From Candidatus Thorarchaeota archaeon (GTDB lineage: Archaea > Asgardarchaeota > Thorarchaeia > Thorarchaeales > Thorarchaeaceae), in the NCBI GenBank assembly GCA_003345555.1, contig PRDJ01000012.1, positions 1 to 32,000 of the forward strand: DNA of 32,000 bases, given 5' to 3'. The notes below the pieces were generated by a model. That model ran no database searches. It saw only the letters and a list, made by a program, of their open reading frames with translations, and was not told the DNA's origin. A program made the position numbers and the translations under genes. Shown piece after piece: positions 1 to 8,452 of the stretch; positions within the stretch are counted from its first letter, which is position 1, and each line of letters begins with the position of its first letter.

Positions 1-1380
1 CTTGGTTCAAGCTACGTGGAAGCTCGATATGTCCGCGAACGGGCAAAGGGTGTCGGGTATCGAAATGGTGAGCTGCTCTCTGGCGGACAAGAACCCTCTT
101 CAGGGATTGGCGTTCGTCTGCTTGTTGGAGGCAGCATGGGTTTTGGATCCTTCGACAGAATGGAGAAGCAGCTGGCGGAGGATGCAGTACGCGCTGCATT
201 CCGCATGGCGAAGAATGCCAAGCGGAAGAAGAAGATTGAACTTGGCAAGTCAGTCAGCAATCGAGCTAGTTGGTCTGTCAAAGCAAAGCAGCCTCTCGAA
301 GACATTGGTGTCGATACCATGATGGCCACTGCTGAAGAGTTGAACAAGCAGATGGCAGGCCTTTCCTACTACACCCTGATGCTGATGCCGACCAAGATAG
401 AGAAGTACTTGGTAACCAGTGAAGGAACGGAAATCACTGCTGATACCTCGTTTACTCGGGTATTTGTCCTCCTGACAGCTGAAGGGAAGAACGGTTCGGA
501 ACAGAGAATCAAAGACTTGACACGATCTGGGGGCTGGGAGGCGTTCAAAGAATCCAAGTTGGCTGATGTTGTTGCCGATCAGGTATCTCACCTCAAGAGG
601 GCAGCAGAGGAAGCACAGAAAGTCCCTGAACTCCTAGATCAGCCCGTCGACATGATTGTCGGCTCAGAGGTAGCGGGTATTATCAGCCATGAGAACGTAG
701 GCCACCCTAGTGAGGGCGACAGAATCATGGGGAGAGAAGGTGCCCAAGCAGGGGAGAGTTTCTGGAGAGACCTCAAGATTGAGGAATCGAGGATAGGCTC
801 TACTGTCGTGAATGTCTCCGATGATCCCACCATTCCTCAGACGAGCGGGTTCTACTTGTATGATGATGAGGGGGTCAAGGCAAGGAAACGCCGCCTCATC
901 AAGAATGGAATTGCGAACGAGCCTCTTCTCAACAGGGAATTTGGTCTCAGATTCGGAAAAGAGTCAAACGGAGCTGCAAGATCCTCGAGTTACAATAGAG
1001 AGCCAATCATCAGAATGTCAAACACGTTTTTCGAGCCGGGTGATTTGACATTCGAAGAACTCATTGAGGACGTCAAGCTTGGCGTCTACATGAAGAGTTT
1101 CCAAGAATGGAACATAGACGACCGCAGGTTTCAGTCGAAGTATACCGGTTCTGAGGCATACTTGATTAGAAACGGAGAGCTCACTGACACAATGGTTCGT
1201 AGACCGGTACTTGAGACAACAAGCGTCGGTCTCCTGAGTGCGATAGACGGAGTCTCAAAGGAATTCGTGCTCGACTTCGCAGGAACATGCGGCAAAGGCG
1301 ATCCGATGCAGGGCGTTCCCGTCTATGCAGGCGGCCCACACATTCGCATCAGAAATGTTAGACTTGGAGGAATGGGTTGA
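1..1380 (+). CDS. tldD: TldD/PmbA family metalloprotease, catalytic TldD subunit (5'-truncated by window edge)
   Basis: Frame is open from base 1. HExxxH zinc motif (SHENVGHPSEGDR), DDPT..GFYLYDDEGV, PIIRMSNTFFEPG and C-terminal GTCGKG..Q.VPV..GGPH with the conserved Cys. Confidence 0.93.
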   Translation, partial: LGSSYVEARYVRERAKGVGYRNGELLSGGQEPSSGIGVRLLVGGSMGFGSFDRMEKQLAEDAVRAAFRMAKNAKRKKKIELGKSVSNRASWSVKAKQPLEDIGVDTMMATAEELNKQMAGLSYYTLMLMPTKIEKYLVTSEGTEITADTSFTRVFVLLTAEGKNGSEQRIKDLTRSGGWEAFKESKLADVVADQVSHLKRAAEEAQKVPELLDQPVDMIVGSEVAGIISHENVGHPSEGDRIMGREGAQAGESFWRDLKIEESRIGSTVVNVSDDPTIPQTSGFYLYDDEGVKARKRRLIKNGIANEPLLNREFGLRFGKESNGAARSSSYNREPIIRMSNTFFEPGDLTFEELIEDVKLGVYMKSFQEWNIDDRRFQSKYTGSEAYLIRNGELTDTMVRRPVLETTSVGLLSAIDGVSKEFVLDFAGTCGKGDPMQGVPVYAGGPHIRIRNVRLGGMG

Positions 1381-2759
1381 TGTCAAGTCTCGGTGAGCTG
1401 AAGTCTTTTGCAGATGCGGCGATCAATCGGGCAAGCGGAAGAGTCAGCGGTATCATTGCCAAGGTCATCCGCTCAACGGGATCACAAATCAGGTTCTCCC
1501 AGAGCCAAGTGGACATTTCAAACAGATGGGAGGACCTTAGGCTTGAGCTATTCGTGGTAGTGGGAAAGGCCAAGACATGCTCTTCACAGAGGTCAGTAGG
1601 TTCAGAGAATGACGTTCTAGCGGCTGTTGAAGACACTGTCTCCTTGGCGGAGCGTCTGCCTGAGTCTTCGATTTACCGCGGGATTGAAGAATCCACGACC
1701 CGCTTCGATGATTTGCCCGGTCAGTTCGATGAGCGAATCGACGACTATGTGGAGAGAGCTCCAGGAATAATCAACGCCGCGATTGGCGCTGCCTTAAGAG
1801 AAGGAGCCAAGAGGACAGCAGGAGCCCTCAAGTTTTCTAAGGACACTGCTTTCATGCGCTCAAGCCTCGGGCCAGAGGGAACAACAAAGAGAACGGCATT
1901 CGATTTCAATATCAGAGCTTTTCAGAATGAGCTTGACTACTCCGGTCAAGGCCTGTGCTGCGGCGTGAAACTGCTTGAGTCAGAACGTCAAGTTGTGGAG
2001 GCAGGTGCTCATGCGGGCATGTTGTCCAAGCAAGCTATAGGAGCTAAGCAGGGTGAGCCGGGCGTATACGACCTCGTGCTAAGCCCTACTGTAGCCGCTA
2101 ATGTGATGGGTTTCCTGCCTCAGACAGCTAACCCATACCTGATACTGACGGGTAGTTCTCCTCTAGGTGATAAGATGGGGCAGCTTCTTGGTTCGGAGGA
2201 AGTCAACGCATACGACGACGCAAGATACCCCGGAGGTCTGGGGTCTGCATCTTTCGACTTCGAAGGAACCCCGACACGAAGGACAACCATAATAGAGAAG
2301 GGAGTTCTGAAGTCGCTGATACACAATACAAGCACCGCAAAGATGTACGAAACGCAGTCAACCGGCAACTCACAGCTTATTCCGATTGCCTCCGGTCTAA
2401 TGATGTTGCTGCCAGGATCGACTAACGTCGTCTTCGATAACGGGACAATCTCGCCTGATTCTCTGTTCGAAGGTAACAGACCAACCATCTTCGTCACATC
2501 GAACTGGTACACGAGATGGCAGAACTACCAGACTGGTGACTTCTCAACAATACCGAGAGATGCGATGTTCTTGGTAAAGGACGGAAAGACGAAACCGATA
2601 AAGAATCTCAGAATCAGCGACAACATACTTCGCATGTTCAAGAACATAGCCGCATTAGGAAACGACAGAAAGCAAGTCTATTGGTGGGAAGTGGACGTTC
2701 CGACATTTATCCCCTCGATGAGGATTGCCGATTGCAGGATGACGGCAGCAACTCAATAA
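1380..2759 (+). CDS. tldE: TldD/PmbA family protein, non-catalytic TldE/PmbA subunit (459 aa)
   Basis: TGATG stop/start overlap with tldD. FDFEGTPTRRTTIIEKGVL, STGNS, GDFSTIP and IKNLRISDN motifs; no HExxxH. Confidence 0.85.
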   Translation: MSSLGELKSFADAAINRASGRVSGIIAKVIRSTGSQIRFSQSQVDISNRWEDLRLELFVVVGKAKTCSSQRSVGSENDVLAAVEDTVSLAERLPESSIYRGIEESTTRFDDLPGQFDERIDDYVERAPGIINAAIGAALREGAKRTAGALKFSKDTAFMRSSLGPEGTTKRTAFDFNIRAFQNELDYSGQGLCCGVKLLESERQVVEAGAHAGMLSKQAIGAKQGEPGVYDLVLSPTVAANVMGFLPQTANPYLILTGSSPLGDKMGQLLGSEEVNAYDDARYPGGLGSASFDFEGTPTRRTTIIEKGVLKSLIHNTSTAKMYETQSTGNSQLIPIASGLMMLLPGSTNVVFDNGTISPDSLFEGNRPTIFVTSNWYTRWQNYQTGDFSTIPRDAMFLVKDGKTKPIKNLRISDNILRMFKNIAALGNDRKQVYWWEVDVPTFIPSMRIADCRMTAATQ

Positions 2760-2776
2760 TCGACTCGTAGAGTCGA
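2760..2776. terminator. Short perfect hairpin between convergent tldE and GTPase genes
   Basis: tcgactc-gta-gagtcga (7-bp stem, 3-nt loop) starts at the base after the tldE stop. No U-tract. Confidence 0.3.
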
Positions 2777-2783
2777 CGCAGAC

Positions 2784-3335
2784 TCAGACCTGCTTGCTTT
2801 GCCTCAGTGATTGCAGGGTCATTCGACATGAGATTGCAGCATGCAAGAATATCTCGCTCACGTTCTGCCCAGTTTTCGCACTTGCCTCGAAGTATTGCAT
2901 TGACAGAAGCTCTGCCAAGTCTTGTCCTTCTTGCGATGTCAAAGCAAGCTTCTGAACCATGTCTGCCTTGTTGCCAACGAGGGAGCCCGTGAGGTGCATT
3001 CCGGGTGATGGGCATGCTCCCTGCGTAATCGCATCATACCACTTTGGAACTTCCTCGAAAGTTGGTCGGTCCGTCATGTCAAATACTAGAATAAGGTGAT
3101 GCGTTCCTTGATAGAAGCGATTTCTGAGAGAAATGAAAGACTGTTGACCGGCCAAGTCAATTACATCAAGAACCACCTTGCCGTCAGGGAAGTCAAGAGA
3201 AGCCACGTTCATATCAACGCCGATTGTGGCAGTGTACTGCGGCTCGAATCTGCCAGAGAGGTATCTCCGAAGAAGAGATGTCTTGCCCACATTTCGAGGA
3301 CCTGCAAGTATTATCTTGAAGACTTCAGTGGGCAA
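2784..3335 (-). CDS. Rab-like small GTPase (Ras superfamily), ~183 aa
   Basis: G1 GPRNVGKT, switch I YTATIGVDM, G3 DLAGQ, G4 NKAD, G5 EASAK. TTG at 3335 has GGGTGG upstream; the alternative start is GTG at 3395. Confidence 0.93.
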   Translation of the reverse strand: MPTEVFKIILAGPRNVGKTSLLRRYLSGRFEPQYTATIGVDMNVASLDFPDGKVVLDVIDLAGQQSFISLRNRFYQGTHHLILVFDMTDRPTFEEVPKWYDAITQGACPSPGMHLTGSLVGNKADMVQKLALTSQEGQDLAELLSMQYFEASAKTGQNVSEIFLHAAISCRMTLQSLRQSKQV

Positions 3336-3608
3336 TACTCGGAACCACCCTTGGTTGACACCGGCTGCGACGGGTTCACTTAAGAGAGTTCCCACGACGT
3401 CTGTTCAAAAGCCAGGTATCTTTTCACTGCTATGCCGCAAACAAAACCTGTTTGTTGCTTCGTAAAGAATTTCAGTGTGTTCAACCCGGACAACCCCAGA
3501 CAAGGTGACACCCGGCACTGGCGACAATGAAATCGGCTTTGGCCCTTTCATCACATGCCTTGAACAGCTCCACGGATCAATGGAGAGGTAAGTAAGGAGG
3601 AAGAGACG

Positions 3609-4793
3609 ATGAGAAAAGAGGAAGCAGCAATCAGGAAGGAAGAGGAGAAGATTAAGGAAAAGGAGGAGAGGATGCTTTCATCGTTTGCACACTCGTTCAG
3701 TCTATTCTGGGCATCAAAGCGACTGAGATGGTTAAGCGTAGTTTTTGTTTTTGGTCTGATTTGGACGACATTCATCTACAGTTATGGTCCGCATGTTATA
3801 CCAAGTGGCATTCTTCTTACCTTGACAATACTGACCGGCGGTCTATGGCCTTTCTTCTTCATGCTAGCAGCCGCTTTGGCGTTACTACATTTGGAACGAC
3901 TTATTGCAAGTCAGACATCCTACCGCAAGTCGTTCTCGATTCTGCTACCATGGCTTGCACTAAGCGGCTATTTGGTGCTGGTTGTCTGGACTCGTTTCTT
4001 GGCAGCGTTTCTTCTCTTGATATTTGGCGTAGCTTTCTTTGGTTGGGTTTCATTCCAAGCATTCTTTGCCACCAGAACCAGTCTGCACTACGCAGACGAT
4101 GTATACATGAAATCGCATAATCTGCTGATCAAGGGCCTCGCGGTTCTCAGCAATTTCTTCTGTTACGCAGCGATAATCGGGTCCTTCTATTTCACCGTCT
4201 ATGTACTGAATCCTTCTGAAATCCTTAATCAGCCCAGAGAAATTCCGCTAATCGTAGGAACTGTATTTGCCCTCGGTTTCAACTTCGCCAACTTCCTCTA
4301 CATGGTGAGGCATCGTCACACAACGATTCTCGACAATCTCGCTTTATTCGGCTTGTTCATCTCGCTCTACTCTGCCTATTTCATCTACGAAGCTGGCAGA
4401 CCCATTACCGTTGGCATCAACTGGGTCTCGGTATCAATCTCCGTCTTTTTTGTAATCTATACTATGGGCTCAGTTGGCGAGACCCTTAGAGAGAAATCAC
4501 ACATCCGCGCCCATTGGACATTGACAGCTGAGTCTTCAGCCGCCCTAACTTTCTTTCTCGCTTCGGGTTACTATTTCGCTGATGCGTTTCTCTCGGTATT
4601 GTTCGCAGAACCAGCGCTTGCTACAGCCATTGGCGTTACATTCAAGCTACTCATCTTTCCCTTCGTGGCTGTTTTGACAGAAGCACATCATATGATAACG
4701 CGAGTCGGGGCTCCCCCTGAGCGGACTCTGGTGCCGGATCAGATTGAGAGTGGTCCGGGCTCAACTGAGGGTGGTACGAGCAGTCTTCAGTGA
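3609..4793 (+). CDS. Polytopic membrane protein (~10 TM) of unknown function with charged N-terminal helix
   Basis: AAGGAGG RBS before ATG. About 10 hydrophobic segments; E/K/R-rich first 22 aa. No family motif recognised. Confidence 0.8.
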   Translation: MRKEEAAIRKEEEKIKEKEERMLSSFAHSFSLFWASKRLRWLSVVFVFGLIWTTFIYSYGPHVIPSGILLTLTILTGGLWPFFFMLAAALALLHLERLIASQTSYRKSFSILLPWLALSGYLVLVVWTRFLAAFLLLIFGVAFFGWVSFQAFFATRTSLHYADDVYMKSHNLLIKGLAVLSNFFCYAAIIGSFYFTVYVLNPSEILNQPREIPLIVGTVFALGFNFANFLYMVRHRHTTILDNLALFGLFISLYSAYFIYEAGRPITVGINWVSVSISVFFVIYTMGSVGETLREKSHIRAHWTLTAESSAALTFFLASGYYFADAFLSVLFAEPALATAIGVTFKLLIFPFVAVLTEAHHMITRVGAPPERTLVPDQIESGPGSTEGGTSSLQ

Positions 4794-4906
4794 AATGAGC
4801 CTCCCACTCTGCGCCTCAGGACTCATGACCGGCCCACGATAGAGACAGTACGCCTCGGCGAAAGAAAGGGTTTTAGCCTGACGAAGCTGGCACCGTTTGA
4901 CTGAAA

Positions 4907-5404
4907 TTGGTCGACCTGCGGAGCATCAGAGACAGGACGAAATCGGCAACCGAGTACATCGAATCCCTTCCTGAGAGTGAGAAACAGGGCTTCTTGGACG
5001 TGTATGAGGACTATCAGCTGGACTTTGGAATCGTTGAGGCATTAAGGAAGCTCGCTAGGGACGTGACAATCGTGGTTCTCAGTGCAGGCTGGTGCAAGGA
5101 CTGCAAGAACGCTATTCCCGTTCTAGCACATCTTGAGGAAGAGATTGACCTCGATGTCAGAGTGTTCGGTGGTATAAAGACCGCTCCGCTCGACCCCAAA
5201 CATAAGTGGGCCATACCTCCCTCTCCCCCTGAGGTTGAGGAATGGAAAGTGAAGGCGATACCTTGGATTGAGATCTTCGACAAGAGAGGAAACAGGGTCG
5301 GGACAATCATTGAAAAGCCTACGGTAAAGACCACACTAGAAGCTGAGCTGCTATATGTTCTGGAAAACAAGACACGGCCGCCTTCGAAACGGCAGACGAA
5401 CTAG
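4907..5404 (+). CDS. Thioredoxin-fold protein (Thioredoxin_9-like)
   Basis: VVLSAGWCKDC CxxC active site and AIPWIEIFD cis-Pro loop. TTG start with gaaagggttttagc promoter-like sequence upstream. Confidence 0.85.
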   Translation: MVDLRSIRDRTKSATEYIESLPESEKQGFLDVYEDYQLDFGIVEALRKLARDVTIVVLSAGWCKDCKNAIPVLAHLEEEIDLDVRVFGGIKTAPLDPKHKWAIPPSPPEVEEWKVKAIPWIEIFDKRGNRVGTIIEKPTVKTTLEAELLYVLENKTRPPSKRQTN

Positions 5405-5463
5405 TGATGGCAATACAGCCCTCCTTCGCAGGTAGACTGAAGCTGTCTTTAGCTTCGAAGAAC

Positions 5464-5595
5464 TCAAATGACGAAGTCCCTCATCTTTGGGCCCTTGGTC
5501 TTGCCGATTCCTTGTGCACCCTGTAACACATGTATCGCCCCCGGTACTAGGATGATTCCCCGGAGAGATCTGGCCACCCGATTCCGAACAGACAA
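5464..5595 (-). pseudogene. Possible relic of a P-loop NTPase (43-codon ORF with Walker A)
   Basis: Translates to ...PGAIHVLQGAQGIGKTKGPKMRDFVI*. GxxGxGKT at 5497-5520 follows a hydrophobic strand. No Walker B and no clear RBS. Confidence 0.25.
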
Positions 5596-5754
5596 TGACT
5601 AAGACTGCTGCCGGCATCCCGATTTCTCTCGGCAATGTGGGGAACATCAAGAGAAGCTTCATATAGAAAGCCTGTGAAGGCGAGCCAGTCGTTGTGGTTT
5701 GGCGGGTCTACTATGCCGGCAAATCACAGACTCATTTTCAGAGGAGAAGAAAAG

Positions 5755-8169
5755 ATGAACTTTAGAGCGAAGTACGCGCTCCTTGCCGTGTTCATCGGGG
5801 TCACTCTTGTGATGCCGATGTGCGCCGGGAGTGCGACAAGCACGCCTCGTCTGAACTCTTCTGTTCAAGAGTCGACCGTTGATGGCCCAGAAAGCATTCA
5901 GGCCATGGAAGTCGTGGACTCATTTATAGATCCATGGGGTGGAGTATACAACGTGGTTGGCGGTGCTTACAACGCCACTCAATACGGGTTCTCCCACATA
6001 ACGGCGCTCCAGAACGTAGTGAAGAATCAGATGCAGAACGATGACGGATATGTCAGCATGTCGGTGTTCGAACTGAGCGGCATGACGGCATTTCCGAATG
6101 GAGTTGTCGGTGGGCCCACAGCTATGCTGGAGATTGTCGTCAGCCCAGTGATTATCGTACCGACACTGAGAGAGAATACCTATTTCGCGGACCTTTCCCA
6201 AGCTGAAGCAATAGCCCTCGCTGACGCAGTCGCAGCGACCTACGAGACCGCACTCACAATTGACCTACAGAGATTCATGACAGTCCAGACGGAGATAACT
6301 TTCTCCTTCTCTTACGACATATACCCGAGTGTCTTCTGTGAGGGCATTTCGTACATGATGACCTATATGGCTCTCTTGACAGCTGACCAAGGTATAGCCG
6401 CAATGAATGCCCTATTGGCCAGACTAGCCAGTCTGGGCGGTGTAATGTCCCTCTTAGGAGCACCCAACTGGCCCGAACTACTCACTTCGGCAGTGGAGAC
6501 TTACATCCCGCACCATTTCATGCCACATTATGAAACATCCTATCCAATGGTTATGAACATGTTCGGCAGCGTAGGCAAGCCCTACATCAGATCTGGAAAT
6601 GTCAATGACACTCAGACAGTCCAGTCGCTGGTGGTTGCGGGTGCAGCCTTCAACTACCCCGGGTATGTCACAGCAGTGGATGGCAATGAGACTTATTCAC
6701 TGAAGACACATGTTGGCTACACCGGAAACATTGAGAACAAGATGCAGCAAGACAGCAGTGCCATGTCAATCTTGGCTTTTGGAGGTCAGGCACCTAGCTC
6801 TCTCACTATGTATGGCATACCGGCCGGGTGGCTAAGAGTCAACGACCAGTTCCAACTGCCAGCCAATGTTACCATTGGCGATTTCACCATTCCAGCAAAC
6901 AGCACCATTTCTGACGCTATCCGTATGGTACTCTCATACCTGCCCCGGCAGGGCGCGCTATCCGTGAACGAAGGCATTGGCGGACTCAACAACACGATGC
7001 TTGATTTCATCGCCGACTTCTGGAGTTCGCCGGGCCTATTGATAGATCTCAGGGATATGGTCCTGGCTCTCAACTACACACTTACAACTCCAGTAACAGA
7101 GATGAACTACGATCTGTTGGCATCCATGATGAGAAGAGCTGGGATGACACCGGATACTCTAGTCAGCAAGATCGATTCAACTCTCGCAGCCAAGTCGCCA
7201 GTTGGTGCCTTGGTCAAAGCCTTTGTGGGATACTTCGATAGCTATCACGTCCTGGACATTCTCGAAGCCGACAACTATGCCAACGCTCCTGCTTTCGCGG
7301 CATACTTGAACACCTTCATTGGCGGTGTCGAGAAAGCTCTGCACGACTTCGGCGGCCTCGACGTGACTACCCAATTCACGACCAAGGAAGGGATAGCTAC
7401 TTTCGTTGAGGAGCATTGGGGTATTGTGTTGCAGGCTCTGTGGACGGCAATGGCTGCCAATGACCTGCCAGGAGTCAAGAGTGCTTTTCACAACATCCTC
7501 GACCCAACAAACCTTCAGGAACATATCACTCCGTACTTGATGGCAGATCTTGGTTCCTCACTGATCGCTGGCCTCGGCTTCCAGTTTGCAGTCAACTTCA
7601 ATGGAACAACATTGTTCCCCTTGTCAACTAGTGATCTGAGCCTCAGCTTCGAAGCTGACCCCGCGTCACTCGACATTAACGGCCCGTACTTGGCTATCGT
7701 CAAGGGTACCAGCACGAGAACCGTCACAGAAGGACAGATTGTCACCTTCAACATTACAGTGCACAACTATGGTGACGCAACTGCTTACGACGTGAAGGTT
7801 CTTGACGGCATTTGCGCGGGTCTAGACGGAGAAAGGCCCTATTACTGGACTAAGTCCACGTTGGCCGCAGGTGAAACCTGGTTATTTGACTATCAGGTCA
7901 CGGCAAGTGACGCAGGTCTCTACATGGACATGCCTGCCATTTGCGTCTACTTCAACCAGAGCTTGAGCACTTTTGACCCAGCTGCTGCAGAGAACTGGAC
8001 CGGCAGTGCCAGATACACTCTTTCAGCAATAGGCTACCAGATACTTGTCGAGGGCGGAAGTTGGTGGCCGTCTACACTCTTCGGCATCCCCACTCTCTAC
8101 GTAGTCGCTGGCGTTGGCGGTGTCGCAGTGTTGGGCGTGGCTTTGCTCGTCATTAGAAGAAGAGGGTAG
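5755..8169 (+). CDS. Large secreted, C-terminally anchored surface glycoprotein, paralog A (804 aa)
   Basis: GAGGAG RBS then MNFRAKYALLAVFIGVTLV signal peptide. About 12 NxS/T sequons. DUF11-like Ig motif (VTFNITVHNYGDATAYDVKVLD), then TM and RRRG tail. The ORF-track start at 5635 is probably too long. Confidence 0.88.
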   Translation: MNFRAKYALLAVFIGVTLVMPMCAGSATSTPRLNSSVQESTVDGPESIQAMEVVDSFIDPWGGVYNVVGGAYNATQYGFSHITALQNVVKNQMQNDDGYVSMSVFELSGMTAFPNGVVGGPTAMLEIVVSPVIIVPTLRENTYFADLSQAEAIALADAVAATYETALTIDLQRFMTVQTEITFSFSYDIYPSVFCEGISYMMTYMALLTADQGIAAMNALLARLASLGGVMSLLGAPNWPELLTSAVETYIPHHFMPHYETSYPMVMNMFGSVGKPYIRSGNVNDTQTVQSLVVAGAAFNYPGYVTAVDGNETYSLKTHVGYTGNIENKMQQDSSAMSILAFGGQAPSSLTMYGIPAGWLRVNDQFQLPANVTIGDFTIPANSTISDAIRMVLSYLPRQGALSVNEGIGGLNNTMLDFIADFWSSPGLLIDLRDMVLALNYTLTTPVTEMNYDLLASMMRRAGMTPDTLVSKIDSTLAAKSPVGALVKAFVGYFDSYHVLDILEADNYANAPAFAAYLNTFIGGVEKALHDFGGLDVTTQFTTKEGIATFVEEHWGIVLQALWTAMAANDLPGVKSAFHNILDPTNLQEHITPYLMADLGSSLIAGLGFQFAVNFNGTTLFPLSTSDLSLSFEADPASLDINGPYLAIVKGTSTRTVTEGQIVTFNITVHNYGDATAYDVKVLDGICAGLDGERPYYWTKSTLAAGETWLFDYQVTASDAGLYMDMPAICVYFNQSLSTFDPAAAENWTGSARYTLSAIGYQILVEGGSWWPSTLFGIPTLYVVAGVGGVAVLGVALLVIRRRG

Positions 8170-8188
8170 TCCCTCTAGTGCATACCCA

Positions 8189-8234
8189 GGTCGCGCGTCG
8201 TTCGTGACGGCGCGCTGACCCTTCTCTTTTTCTC
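8189..8234 (+). terminator. Hairpin plus pyrimidine/T tract downstream of paralog A
   Basis: ggtcgcgcgtcg-ttcg-tgacggcgcgctgacc is a bulged GC-rich stem with a TTCG loop, followed by cttctcttttttct. Confidence 0.6.
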
Positions 8235-8452
8235 ACGTTTGTCATCAACCGTATCAACCGGGTCTGTTGGACATAGGGTGAATTGAAAGAGACAATTCCG
8301 TGTGTTGCCGATCCGATTCAGTTTGCGTGTGTTCGGCATATCTTCATATGCCATCGACTCGGTTGCCCTGTGCTCGTGATAGATTGACCAAAGGGCGACG
8401 GCATCCCAACCGCAGGATAGCCCACAGAAGCGAAGTCACCGCAGCCTTTGCA

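Noticed and set aside
1-3400. RiPP or microcin cluster suggested by tldD/tldE
   Set aside because: No YcaO, radical SAM, precursor peptide or exporter visible. TldD/E are common housekeeping genes. The region upstream of base 1 cannot be seen.
5468-5602. 44-codon plus-strand ORF containing CAPCNTC (CxxCxxC)
   Set aside because: No RBS and no fourth Cys or ferredoxin context; it is the antisense of the Walker A segment and probably coincidental.
8300-8452. Cys/Arg-rich N-terminal extension of paralog B in the ORF track (also extensions at 5635, 10925, 14063, 14171, 29452, 31811)
   Set aside because: These lack RBS support, place sequence ahead of signal peptides, or overlap promoters and neighbouring genes. 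Downstream starts fit paralog lengths or RBS positions better.
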